Origin: Dimorphilus gyrociliatus
Lineage: Eukaryota > Animalia > Annelida
Length of the DNA: 64,000 bases
Reading direction: 5' to 3'
Assembly: GCA_904063045.1 (NCBI GenBank)
Contig: CAJFCJ010000001.1
Coordinates: 186,001-250,000 of the forward strand
A model generated the notes under the pieces. That model saw only the letters and a list, made by a program, of their open reading frames with translations, was not told where the DNA came from and searched no databases. Position 1 is the stretch's first letter. Each line of letters starts with the position of its first letter. Shown here one piece after another: positions 1 through 22,958 of the stretch. Both the position numbers and the translations under genes were made by a program.

Positions 1-748
1 AACCAAACAGAATAAAAAAGAGGAATTTCGTGCCCTTTTGCCTTTCCCATATCTAGTATCCTCCTCATCCGATCTTTAAAATAAAATTCTAATTGACGTC
101 ACTTTTCCAAATCTCATGCAGAATTTATCTTGCCCTTTCAATTGTCTTTTCTAGTTCTCTCGTCTTTCAATCTCCTTCCTTTTTATCATATTTTTTTCTC
201 TTTCCATTTTATTCTCATTCGTATTCTCATTCTCATTCTTCTTCTCGTAGTCTCTTTTTTTTTATACAGGCCTGCACGAGTTACCGTTATTCGATACTAT
301 GCAAATTTACGGACGAGCTTTCGGCCGTATGTTTGTGTATTTATATAAAATTGTTCGCTGAAAGCGCTTCGAGCTATCGAGCGGAAGAAACCTTTTTTTC
401 GTTAAGAGCCGTAAAGTTCTTCTTGGATAATCACTAATAAAATTTACAGGTGGCGCCATAGTAATTATTATGAAAATCTCATTTGTCGCGAAGTTTTTTG
501 TTTTTTAATTAAAAAAAAGTGCAAAGCAACTCTTCACTGCTAATAGAAGCATAAATTATGATGAAGATAATAATAACTATAGAAAAGATATTTGGAAAGC
601 AGAAACCAGGTGACACGACATGTTAATAATGCACGCACTAGTTTATATAGTCACCCGGCTCGTTTTAACAGCAGAAACGCTGCCTGTCTCTGTAAGAAAA
701 ATCTCAGCGCGAGCGTCAATGTACGCATTACGCTAGTAGACGCCTCTT

Positions 749-762
749 GTCGCTATAGTAAC
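749..762. promoter_or_regulatory. RFX X-box candidate in a PDE3 intron
   Basis: GTCGCTATAGTAAC fits GTHNYY-AT-RRNAAC. Confidence 0.4.
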
Positions 763-948
763 GCCTCTTTCCTCGTGACATCCTTTTTCGCGTAATACTC
801 TAGCTTTGACGTCACCGCCACGTTTGCTCAATCCAAAAAAAGATTCAAAGAGGTAAAAAGGTAATCGAGGTAGCAAAGCCATAGGTGTAAAGGGTTGGCG
901 AGGACATATATCGAATAATAGTGTTTGAAAAGCCAATGCATTGCTCAC

Positions 949-1668
949 CTGATGAGGTTTTTGGATCATTGCCGGAAGGCTTGTTCTCCTACCAACACGC
1001 TGAGAGAAAGGGACGTTGAAGAAGCCGGAAGCGGAAATTCGTCGCTTTATACTGGGAGTCTTGAGCGACTGTTCACCATAAAAAGAGTAATCGGCAGCGG
1101 ATGCAGCCGCAACTGCACTAGCAATAGCATCTTCATTTGCAGAAGTTAGTGATGCCTCGGTTCTTTTGGCGGCTATCGTTCCGATAAACGCACAAGTATA
1201 AGCTAAAAAAGGGGCTAATTGCCAAATAGGGAAGGAGGTGCAGCAGACGAATCGGACGGCCGAAACTGAAAAAATAACGCAGGTTGCTTGCGTCTTATCC
1301 AAATTCGAGAAAAAAAGGCTGATGGATAAGCAGATTAAAACAGTTAACAGGAACTGAATGCTTAATCCATTTCCTCTGTCGAAGAACGTTGAATTGAAGA
1401 TTTCGCCTACGATGCAGGAAGATATAACAAAGTAGCTCGTTGGAGTGTTCCAAGACGAACTTAAATAGAGAGTTAGCACGTAGAAAACGGCCGTAGAGGC
1501 GAGTATAGGCGTGAGCAGCGATGTTATCCCTTCCAGAATCCGGCCGATATCCAACAGGACGAGGAGGATAAACAGAATTGCGACGAGGATTACCGCCTTC
1601 CTCCGCGACCTTTTCGGCATCCAGCCGTCGTCCCGGTCAGCTGCCATGCTGCTTTCTGGCAAGATCAT
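949..1668 (-). CDS. PDE3: cGMP-inhibited phosphodiesterase PDE3, first coding exon (N-terminal membrane-association region); gene continues left of the window
   Basis: Several hydrophobic segments followed by KRRIS and GRRTSLP, matching the PDE3 RRTSLP PKA site. Acceptor TTCAG at 1672-1676 just before the ATG at 1668; donor CAG|GTGAG at 948. The ORF-track tail (733-948) is intron read-through. Confidence 0.75.
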
Positions 1669-3043
1669 TAACTGAACTTATGAATATGCATTAATTCCCC
1701 GCCATCTAGACGTTTTATAGGCTTTCTACGCCAGATGACGCTCGAAAATCGTCGCCGGCGGCCTCACTCCTACCACCCTCTTAAATAACCTACAGCACTT
1801 CAACTAATCCGCTCGAGTATTCCTCAATAGGAAGGAAGGGCATAAGGGCTGGAGGGTAAAAAAACGAGAGTCGTAAGGCGCCTTTACGATTAACCCTTAT
1901 TTAGTAAAAATTACAATTAGAGAAAGAAAAACAGGCATAAGGCAAGAATGAAAAGAGATAGACAAACATACTAATAAAACACAGATGAATAGACAAGACT
2001 AACGGACAACAAATGCTATACAATATAGAAAAATAAGAAAAAGAAAACAGAAATATAAGAGAAAAAAGAGATAACGTATTTATTGTTTGATACGCACAAA
2101 TTCCTATTGTATTCTATAGTTTGTCTTCTAATACAAACAACTTTGGAACTCTTTCGCGAGGGAGGTTCACCTTATCACCTAACGCAAATAAATACGCTAA
2201 GCTACTCACCGTATTTGCGCAACCCTAATTAACTGCCTATTTCTAGGCCTAGATTTAGTTGGATCAACTCAGGCATGCCAGTCACAGTATTGAACAGAAA
2301 TATACTCTTTGTGTATTTGTTGCCAACAACGCCATCTATGGGGTCACGAATATTATCACGTGCTTGAAAAGTTATTTCATCAACTTGATTTTTCTCTCTT
2401 TTAAATTTTCGCGGGCTTTTTCCTATGTTCTTCCGTATCCTGTGTTGATTTAACAATATAGAAACATTTTCGCGCTTCTGATAAACCCTGAGCAGTTCTA
2501 TCCCGAATAAAATCTACATATTTTTCAGCATTTTTTCAGTTTAGAGCTAAAGGGGCGTTGCTAGATGACAGACGTTAAGTTGATCGATGACGCTTCTTGG
2601 TGAAATCCCAATTGACTTGTTCTCCCTGTATATCGGGACGACGTTTCGTTCTATAAAAAGACGTAAATGTTCCTAAACTGAAAAAATTAGACTGAATCAA
2701 TTATTCAAGATCGCTATTCACTAAAAAAATAACTGGTAGGGCAATTAGCCTGATGAATTAGCGTGATGAGGTGTATAGAATCTGCAGAATGGGATTGTAA
2801 TCTTCTTTTTTATACCCTGAAATTTAAAGGAAGCTACCGCTGACTCTTAAGTCTACAATATTTTGATCCATTCTGGTAGGAAATCGACGGTACAGCTGTA
2901 ACGGAAGTTGCGCACTGTCAAAGTTCTTTTACACTGCAAAATGCAGTAGACGATTTTCACATCACGACGCGTTACCGCTTTGGCGCTCGAAAAAAATCTT
3001 TTGCGGTCGCGGATTATTCAAGTACGCTCAAATACGCTCTGAC

Positions 3044-5402
3044 ATGACTACAGCAAAGTGGTACTGCAACGTTCGGCTATTCTACAGTTCTTTCTTGTTC
3101 TACTTGGTTGTATCTACGAGATATTCAAAAGGTAATTCTAAAAAACTTTGTTACGGATTGATAGACCGATAAATGTATTTGTTATGCGTATTTCTTTCCC
3201 TTTTCTTATAAAATGGTTTATTTCGTTATGTTTGGCGGAGTAAAGTATTTTACCAAACGCGGCCAGATAAATCGTTTTATCCTTTCTCCGATCCCACACC
3301 AGTATAGTTTCATTTATAAGCCTTCTGGCTTTTCGCTCTAATTTACATTCAAGATAGCCGCTGGTCAGTCCATCATGCAGATTGGTAGTGTAGCGTCACA
3401 AAAGAGCGTTACTTCCGCTAACTTCGGAAACGCCTTGCGCGACGCATTAGAGTCACTACATGTATATTTTTATATTGCATGTCGTTAGTAAAAAAAAATG
3501 AGAAGGAAAACAAGGGAGAGAGATACTAACTGTAAAAAGTATTAAAAAAGAACGGCAGGGGAAAGAGGGGCGAAAACCACAAGCGTTACTTATGGCTTAA
3601 GCGTCTCTAGAGCGTCGGCCGATCTTTGTGCACGCATATTGAAAAAGTGACGCGCTTTTATCTTGATTGGGCTGGATTAGATTAAAAAACCTATAGTATA
3701 ACAAATCGAAGACAATTTAACCTAATGCATATACTTGTTTTTCTCTTGTGCCCTTCTTCAATCCACCTATGAAATGAAGACGTCTGCGAGCACGATAAGA
3801 CTTTTACGGCTTCGTGCGCAAATTCCGTTATCTGGTTGGAATCGGCTAGATATGGACGGATGAAGGAAGGAGTTTGTGGAACTAGTGCTGATGAAGTTGG
3901 TTGTTCAAAAAATATACTATATAAACTGGAGTCCCATTGCAATGGAAGACTACAGTGCTCGTTCGACCTCGCCACTTTGGTCGTTAGCATTTATCCGTGC
4001 GAGAGGAAAGATTTAAGATCTTATTTACACGTCGAATATACATGCAGAAAAGGTAATATTTGATAAGAATATGTGATAGTAAAGAATCTTTATTCTTGTT
4101 TTTATTATATTTGACTTTTTTAGTTAATTTGAGTATAAAAAGTCGAATTTTTCACAAAAGAGAAATAATTGGTAAACAGTATTTTTACAATATTGTTACT
4201 AAAAACAATTTATATTGATTTTTCTCTTTTCTTTCTTTCTTCTTTCTCTTTCTATATATAATATCATTGAAATTAATTAAAAGTTATGGATTTTTTAATA
4301 AGTAAAATATGTCATCTGATAGCCTTTTCTAATTATTAACAGTAATTCTACCGTCATCATCTTCTTGCTCATCCGATTCAAACCCTGTAAATCTTTCGTC
4401 GAAAGTCGGTAATATATCGAACGTCTATCCAACCGATTCCAAATGCCGGATAAGCAATCCTTGGAGAATTACGGCTCTTCCCGGTCAGAAAGTTCAACTT
4501 TATTTGCGCCAATTTAATACAACCACTTCGCTCGGATCTTGCCAAGAAATCGTTAAAGTTGTAGAAAGCGGTAGACCGCCCAAGTCCATTTGCAGATCAA
4601 ACAAAGCAAACCAGCCGATTTACGTATCGAAGAAGAGTCTTTTACACGTTTTCCTCTATTACAATTCTTACTCACCCATATTACTCTCTTATCAAAGTAT
4701 GATGTGTATACTTTCTTCTATTCATATTTAATCTTTGAAAGAAGAGAGCTCTGTAATTAGACTTCTTATTTTTTACAGTCATAGGGTGCGCCAAACCAAA
4801 CGTACGAGCTGAACCTGGAGAAGAAATTAGATATGAAAGTGATACGCTTATTAAAATTATATGTAAGCAAGAGAAGCGGGTGACTAGGGAAATAAGCTGT
4901 AAAGACAATGGAAAATGGTTCGAAATTATAAAAAGTGATGTTGCTTGCTCTGTGCAAAATCCAGGTATTTAAATTACCTAACTAACCAAAGATACACATT
5001 GCAGAGGTGTGTCTATATAGATTTGAAATATATAAATATATAGTTAATCAACAAAGAAAGAGAATGTTTTAATAGTGTCTAAATTTCAAATAAACCTTGT
5101 ACATTTTGAACAGGGTCCAGAGGATTTATGCAACCAGTTAAGTGGGGCGTGGCTACAATGCCATATGGTAAACAAATACATTAATAACTTTTAACAATTA
5201 AACTATACAATATATAATTACTACAAAATAGGTTTTTGGATAATAACGATTATCGTAGTTTCTTTAATGCTTAGCGCATCGATTTTGGGAACTGGATTAT
5301 TGTGCCTTCGACGGTAAATCATAATTAAACGTTAAAATAATTTTTCACATAGATTTATTAGTTTTTGATTTATTTAACTTTATCAGAAGTTATAGAAGTT
5401 AA
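3044..5402 (+). CDS. Type I membrane protein, paralogue 1: signal peptide, SUEL/Gal-lectin, CUB-like, sushi-like, TM, very short tail (~350 aa)
   Basis: Phase-consistent exons 3044-3131, 3780-4052, 4343-4696, 4779-4964, 5114-5167, 5232-5313, 5387-5402. SUEL signature VCEHD..C..IWLESARYGR..C..GC..L..HCNGRLQC...YLHVEYTC; TM FWIITIIVVSLMLSASILGTGLLCL. The exon-2 acceptor and the last exon are less certain. Confidence 0.75.
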
Positions 5403-5805
5403 TAGCGGTTGGAGCTACATAACGTGTTTTACTTTCTTTTCAACTCTATACAACGCCACCTTTTGAGAAATAATAAATACTGACTTTGATAAGTTGGCCT
5501 TAAAAAAGCCATTAATCGCTAGTGGAATACATTCCAAAAGACGTTTTTATATAAAAAAAACATGGACAAATCAATCGACAAACAATAGCATCAATTGAAC
5601 AAACAAAATTCACAATGAGTAACAATACAAACTTAGTCGATAAGAGATTACAAACTTTCCAAAATTGTCAATGTGTGTTCAACTATATATATATATATAT
5701 ATATGTATGGTTGTACAGATAGACAGCATATATCCAACATTTATATATACATGTATAAGCGTCTATACAGTATAGATAAATATATCTTTATATGCTATAT
5801 TTATA

Positions 5806-5810
<5 letters not shown>

Positions 5811-5858
<48 letters not shown>
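5811..5858. repeat. (AT)n microsatellite
   Basis: Uninterrupted AT run. Similar runs occur near 46985-47022, 57996-58021, 58736-58766 and 61712-61735. Confidence 0.95.
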
Positions 5859-5860
<2 letters not shown>

Positions 5861-8189
5861 CTGTACATACTTATTAGTATCAAAATTCTCTTATTTGAGG
5901 CTATAAGGCGTGACACCTTGGCGATTAACTCCTGTATTCTATTATAGTTTCTTTTCATGTCTTTCTTTCTTTGCATACCTTCTATTATCTCTTATTATAA
6001 TAAATGACTAAACGAGGCTGACGATGTGTAAGCTATGAAAAGAGTCCGTTTCCCATAATCTTTTAATGCCCTTTTATTGCTCGATTGACTTGGATTATAG
6101 TCCGGATTAGTTGGTCTGAATAGTAAATTACAGCTTAGTTTATTTTGCCAACAATATCTCTGTTGGAGAATAATCAGAGACGGATGGTGCCATCTATCGT
6201 ATATATTTTAATCTATTATTATGAATATATTGATGTAAATATCACTATATACATATATATCATAGACACCGTATTTCGTATTAATAAATATATATATTAA
6301 TATATAGAAGTAAATGTATATTACGTTAGTGTAGGAGGTAAAAAATGAGAATGAGACAGGCGATAATATATTTATTGACATATATTTAAATATAAATACA
6401 GGATATATAAATGCAAAGTATAAATATCAAGGATAAAACATAGACTAGACGACTACTTTTTTTTTTTTGATTTATAATGGTTTATTAAAATAAAAAAGCT
6501 AAATAATTCAGCCTACGTAAATGTCTATATTATAATGCAAAAAAAGGAAAATGTTAATAATTTAAACAATCTTGAATGACGACTAAAAAGTTGTCTTAAG
6601 CCGTGTAGAGAGTAATGAAAATGTAAAAGGAATATGACTAAAGTGTATATATAGGCTTGTGTACAAAATATTTTAATGTACATTTTGACGTCGTAAAGAA
6701 GGCGAAAAGAATACGAAGAAGGGATTCTATACACATATTTTCATTTTCATTTTCATTAGAATCGAGTGCAAATAATAAAAAAGAATGAGTTTGTCAAAGC
6801 TAATGGAAAAAAGATAGTAATTAACAGCCGCCTGTAAACACATTATCCGCTGTACTTTGCATATAAATAATTCATGGCAAACAAGCGCTTTTATCAAGCG
6901 TCTTAGACTAATAGTAATATGAACACGCTATCGGTTTAAGATAGCGATATTACTAGCCTTTTATTAGACGCCTTCACCGTCATCTATAAGGGCTGCCCGT
7001 ATAGAATCACTACTCAATATATAGGCGTTCATTAAGTTCGAACGATAGACTCCTCCTCGGCAAACAACCTTTTTTATAGATATTCCATCGGTCGATTTGT
7101 TTGTACATTTGCGCTACTGCAGAAAATTTACGTTATTGAGTTTAACGGCGTTTGACAGTTTTTGTAGTAGGTTGACGTCTGTTAGAACACTTTTAAAAGC
7201 CGATTCCTTTTACTAGTGAAATCAAACAAATCAACTCGTCTCGACGAAAAGAGAGAGACTACAGAGAAAAAAATAAAAACGGATGTCGTAAATGGCAATA
7301 TTTTCCCAATATATATAATAAGTTCGTATTTGCGGTTGACGATGCAATATAGTAATTTTTACCGGAAGGAGGAAGCTACACATGTCACGTGTTTTTTATT
7401 TTATTTTCGCTAAATATGTTTGTCACGTCTTCTGGTAGCCGAATATTATCCTTGATGACATTATAGATATTAATATGTTGAGGACGTAAGAATAGAAACG
7501 GAAACATAAATAAAGAAAATAAGGCAAACTCAGTAGAAAGGTATGGAATGAGAGACAAATGTTTCGCAAACGCCATTAATATAATGTACACGGTAGCGGA
7601 GCATATGCATAATTAGCGAGACGGGAACAATCAGTGACAATAACAAGTCCACTAACACGCATCTCATATTCTTTCTATTATTCATATTGGCCCTTGTCCT
7701 TAGTATTACAGCGCCATCTAGATATGTATAGAACTTTTCAATTGAGCACATTTTTCCAAGGCAAGCCGTCGATGAACGATGAAAAACTTTAATAACACAG
7801 AAGATGGAAACAAGATAAAAAGTTTACTTTAATTGTAAAAGCTACTATTTTTGGATAGTTGATAGAAGATTATAATAGCAACGGCATCCGCAAAGAACGC
7901 TCGTGTGGGCGAAGAGGCAACAAACGAAAAGACTCGCAAGAAAAAGGAAATAAGAAATCTAGGGTGAAGGAGGTGAAAATAGTAGGACAAATTACGAAAG
8001 GGAGGATAGCTTTAAGTAGATAGAACGCAAATAATAGTTATTGTAGAAAGGATAGCCAAACTAAAGAAAGGTGTAGACAAGAGTAGGGATAGCTAGGTGG
8101 AAACGGGAAGTAGACAAAAAAGAGGAAGAATAGAGTGAGAGAGAGAGAGAAGAAGAAGAAGAAGAAATCTATACAGAGCGGGACGAGTA

Positions 8190-11087
8190 ATGAACGGAAA
8201 TAAATTGTATTTTGGCAAAGTTTTCTGTCTACTTTTCGTCTGCCTATTTGCAGGTAATTTTTGCAATTCTGATAAAGTATTTTTTTTTAATATTTACTAA
8301 CGACGGCACGTTATTCTATGCACCGTTGCAGGTGCGTCGTTGCAGTAGAAATTTTTTCACTTTTGATATTATGACCTTATGCCCTTTATTTCCTCGAACA
8401 ACCCAATTTTCTTCCCTTTTGCTCTCCTTTTACAATTCTTTTTTTCTCCTTTTCCACTTACTCCCTTCTTCCTCAGTTCTCTTTCACTAAACCTTCTACC
8501 TCATTTTGTCCTTCCGACCTCCCCCTTGCTCCCTTTTCTCTTTTTGCTTTTTTTCTTTTCCTCACTTTCATAAAGAGGATTAAAAAGGCGCTCGACTCAG
8601 GTGTTTCAACGTTTTCTCTTTCGCACCTGCTATTCGTATACGGCGCATGGTAATAGGCTTATATCATGTACTTCTAATATTCGACTTAACGATGTAAACG
8701 TTCATTAATCACGTAATAACGCCGCCCTACAAAGCAGCGAAAGGAAAGAACATTGATCGGTATGCATTAAGACGACACGCGTATGTAGTCTGTATGTATA
8801 TGGATAAAATAGACAAACTAACTACATATGTAAAAGACTACACTTTCATGTGTTTCATTATTGAAAAGGATTAGGCGTATATTTCTCAAAATAAAAAATT
8901 AAGAATCTCGAACATGCCCTTGATTGCTTATATATCACTAAATAGTATTTACTTGTTAGTATAATACTATGATTAAGTGATATCCCTAGGGACTACCTTC
9001 CGCTTCCAACCTTTTAAATAAGGAGCTAAAAGATTGGAAAAAAGGGTTATTTTTAAATTAAAAAAAAAAAATACGAAGAGACGACAAGGGTTTATCGGTA
9101 GACGTCGGCGCACCTGCGGCGTCTCTCGTATTTAGCACTCGCCTAATTGACTTCCTGTGCATATTTGGAATGTTCTCGACGTTGCTGTCGGCTAAATACG
9201 TAGATATATATATCTATATATATATATTATAATATATAGTATATTTATAAATGAGATAGTAATATGCTGAAAACGTCTGTTATTTGTCTAGAGCGTAAGA
9301 AGGTTTGCGAAGGGGATTCTGTAGAATTATCCTGTCCTCAGAGCGAGATTATAGTAATAGAGGGAGCCGATTTTGGAAGGAAAATTGTTGACCAGATTTG
9401 CGTTACAGTGAACTTTGGTCACATTGGATGTGGAATAGACGTCACCGATTACTTGCATGAAAAATGTTCAGGTAAGCTATTGTAAAAAAAAAAGAGTATA
9501 ATATACAAGCCTAACTCAAAGAATAAAAAATATGTGTAATAAAAGGAAAATCGTCCTGCAAGTTTCCGGCTTCGCTCCTGAGCAAATTAGAAGGAAAAAA
9601 CGCCTGCAATAAGAATTTAAAAAATTTACTCACAATAGACTTCCTTTGCGTTCGTCGTAAGTAAATCGTAGAGATTACGATATATAATCATTCTCACAGG
9701 CAATTCTTATCTTTTCGTAATTAAATCTTAGTGACGTCTCTAGACTCTAACTGTTCTATGAAGGGATCGTTAAGCGAGGGTTGGCTCTCTTGGAATCCTA
9801 ATCGAAGGCAAAGAAACCGATTTTGCAAAGTAAAATTAGGCAGAAAAGGGGGTACTGGAATGAAACTATCTGTTTATCGATCAAGAACCGATCTTGACTG
9901 TGAACAGTCTCCGAGAGTCTTTCAATCTGATTCGAGTGTAGAGCCATTGTGTAAAAGGGGCGATATAAACAAGCAAGTGTTCGTTTTCAAATCTAGTCAA
10001 ATCCGTCTTGAGCTACAATATTCCCATGCATCTTTAATTCTCCATTATGAAGGTGAGAAACTCTTAGTAGCGCACATCTCTCTTTATATCCGTCCATTCA
10101 TTTTTCGTGTTATATTACAGTTCTAGGCTGCGGTTCTCCTCCAATTCCACGTCACGCAACATACGAGATAACCTCCGCTGGCCAAATGGCCAAGTTAAAA
10201 TGTGACCATGGAAAAGAAGAGGAATGGGAATTAACATGTGTTGGTAGGGAATGGCGAGGAACAGCACCGATCAACTGCTCACATCCCTCTTCTTCCGATG
10301 GAAAATTCATTAATCCAAACCAACCGTCCGTTCCTCGTACGTATAAGATCAAAATCTAATTACTTAAGACGGCTGGGGCTATCGAACTAGTTCCCAACAA
10401 TTTTAGATATACAAAGAGATAAAATACTTATATGGCGATTTTATATAATCCTTCCTTCCGGTATTTTTTTATTCTATAATTTTTTTCATTTACAGCATCT
10501 CTTATCGCTGCAGTATCGATAGGGCTTGTTATAGCGTTTATATTGCCTTTGGGTGTTTTATACGTGTTGAAAAAGTGAGTTTTCTATTGGCCCTTTTCAA
10601 ACCCTTTAATCCATTTATTATCGACTTTCTTTCTTTTTTCTCTGCGTCTCTCTCTCTCTCTCGCTTCCTTTCTCTCTATATATATGTCTCTTACTGTCGC
10701 TTTCTCGTCCTCTCTCACTCATTCTCTGTGATCTTCTCTAACTGTTTCCTAACTTCAATTAGGCGTTTTAAGAGGCGGAATCGTTCTAACGAAACGATGG
10801 TTCATCATTATCACTACAACAATGGCGAAGATAAATCTTGCTTCCTGACGCTCAATCCCAAAAAGGAATACGAAGAGATCATCCTTAAAGACGGTTCTTG
10901 CACCGTTGTTCGTATACCAGCGCCATCTGCTGAACAGGCTCCGGACGTTTGCGGCGAAGAAGCTCATTATGGGTTTAATAGACGCCCAGTTTGTCCTTAC
11001 GACCATTTTAAATTAGACACGAAAAATAACGAAGAAAATTCGTATATGAGGGTCAAATTTACAGATGTTAATAGCGATCAATTGTAG
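8190..11087 (+). CDS. Type I membrane protein, paralogue 2: signal peptide, SUEL/Gal-lectin, CUB-like, sushi-like, TM, ~110-aa cytoplasmic tail (~431 aa)
   Basis: Exons 8190-8253 (MNGNKLYFGKVFCLLFVCLFA), 9292-9471, 9546-9656, 9732-10052, 10121-10336, 10496-10574, 10763-11087, all phase-consistent. SUEL motif VCEGDSVELSC..IVIEGADFGR..C..GC..YLHEKCSGKSSC; TM LIAAVSIGLVIAFILPLGVLYVL. Confidence 0.8.
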
Positions 11088-11240
11088 TCATTTGCATACA
11101 GAAATTCTATTTAAATACAGCTTATACAATATATAATTATACAATTACAATATGTACATTTTATCGTTGGTTCGTTTTGACCAACTCATACAACACTTAA
11201 AAAAGGTATACGATAATTGTTTTCATTTTTTATATTAAGA

Positions 11241-21201
<9,961 letters not shown>

Positions 21202-22887
21202 TACAGTTGTTTTCTTCTTATTTGTAAATAACGAATTTAAAATCGTATAATATTCGGATAAAAATTATTCTTCTTGTAAAAAGATCTTTAACAGTTTGTT
21301 GTTGTAGCCAACAGTTTGCCGTCAAAATGAAATGTTTGGCCAGGCATCATTGCTTTATTTAGTTGGCGCTCGTGCCGCGTAAAGATCCTTATCGTACGGG
21401 TTCACTTGTCCTTCTGTGCACCTTTCAGTTGTGAGCAGTTGAGAATAATGCGAATAGAATAACTAGGAGAAAAATAGAAGGCGGTTCGAAATAGAAGAGA
21501 GAATAAAGTTGTTCGCCGAAATCAAATGAGTAAAAAATAAAAGAGAAATTTCCTGTTTTTCTTCTCAGTCTTATAATCTAAAAGTCGGTGTTTTTGTTCG
21601 TATTCTCAATGTATTCGTATTCCTTATTCGGCTTTACTTTTCAATGGGAATAGCACTATATAGTATAAAAAGAAAAATAGAACTGATCTGCGGCAATGCC
21701 ACGATAGTTTTGAGGCAACTGTTTAAACTCGCCTCATTCCTAGGGGTGGGCAGTCCCAAATAGCTTTAGGATAGGGGTGTCCACTATTAGAGCACTTACT
21801 TTCCCTATTCCAATTTGCCTTTATACTAATTGAAATAATTATTTATCGAATTATGTCACGCGCGATTCAATTTGTCGTTAAGCATATTTTCTGTTCTTTA
21901 ATAACATTTAATAAAGCTTTATGTAGATAAATATTTCATAATATATATTGTATATAGGCTCTGTCATGCAATCTATATGGGTATACAAACCATTCCAAAT
22001 ACACTTTATGAATACAACTTCTTTTTACATATAAATATATATTAATTAAGTAAAAAATGAATTAAGGACAATCGACGAGCTAATAAAAGAGGAGAAGGAT
22101 TTTAATTAAAAAAGGGGGGATGTAAAGAGAACGCTCTCACCCTAAATATACCTCGAGCACAGTTAACAGACGCTGCATTTTTGTCCCGAAGACGCTTTTA
22201 AAGAAGGTAAAAAAATTTGCTGCAAAAACATACTTTGGTTCAATGAGATTGAGAGTTGTCCCTAGGGCACTCGAGGAAATAGTGACGCACTTATTAATAT
22301 TTATAAATCACTAACCCCAGTTTTAGTCCTAAAATCAGATTAAGACGTAATGACGAATATTAATGTCAATCCTATAATGGTATATATATCGAAACCGCAA
22401 CGCCGTCTCTTCTAATTGAATAAAATGCAATTTCGACGCTACCGCAATATATATAGGACGCTGTCATAGTAGGCTATAACAGAATCCAGATTTCCATTAG
22501 GAGTCATCTCAAGAGTATGATAATCTCATCTCTATGGAAACCAATTACGATAATTACAAATTGTCAGTCGTTTTATATAAACAGGTGTATATATAACGTA
22601 TTATTTTTTTATGCTATGACTTCACAATTTTGGCACGGCGTAAAGATAATGTCGAAATTCCAACGCGAGCTTAATCAATTCCACGTGTCTCATACGCTAT
22701 TTTTCCCTCCTTTTTTTGTTACTTTCTTTGAGTTGTCCATTTTTTCTGTGAGACTAAATACATTTTGACAAACGAAACCTAAACAGCCGCCGTCACGTTC
22801 GACCAATCAAACGCTAAAAGAGAAAAAAACAGAGAACAGAGGGTGACGAATAAACTTAGAAAAACTACAAAAAAAACGTGAAAGTGA

Positions 22888-22958
22888 AAGAGAGCGAGAG
22901 AGAGAGAGAGGGAAGGAAAATGAGAAAAGAGGAATATAAAGAGAGAGAGAGAGAGAGA
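22888..22958. repeat. (GA)n-rich tract
   Basis: Two GA runs with purine-rich spacing, upstream of the DDR coding start. Confidence 0.85.

Noticed and set aside
93-795. Short plus-strand ORFs rich in S/F/L
   Set aside because: Low-complexity translation of pyrimidine-rich PDE3 intron sequence.
5673-5906. ORF with YIYIYI runs (also 26060-26245, 56236-56454, 62222-62413)
   Set aside because: Translation of (AT)n microsatellites.
6900-7270. Exon-like, GC-richer stretch after a minus-strand acceptor at ~7259
   Set aside because: All three minus-strand frames hit stops quickly; no coding model is supportable.
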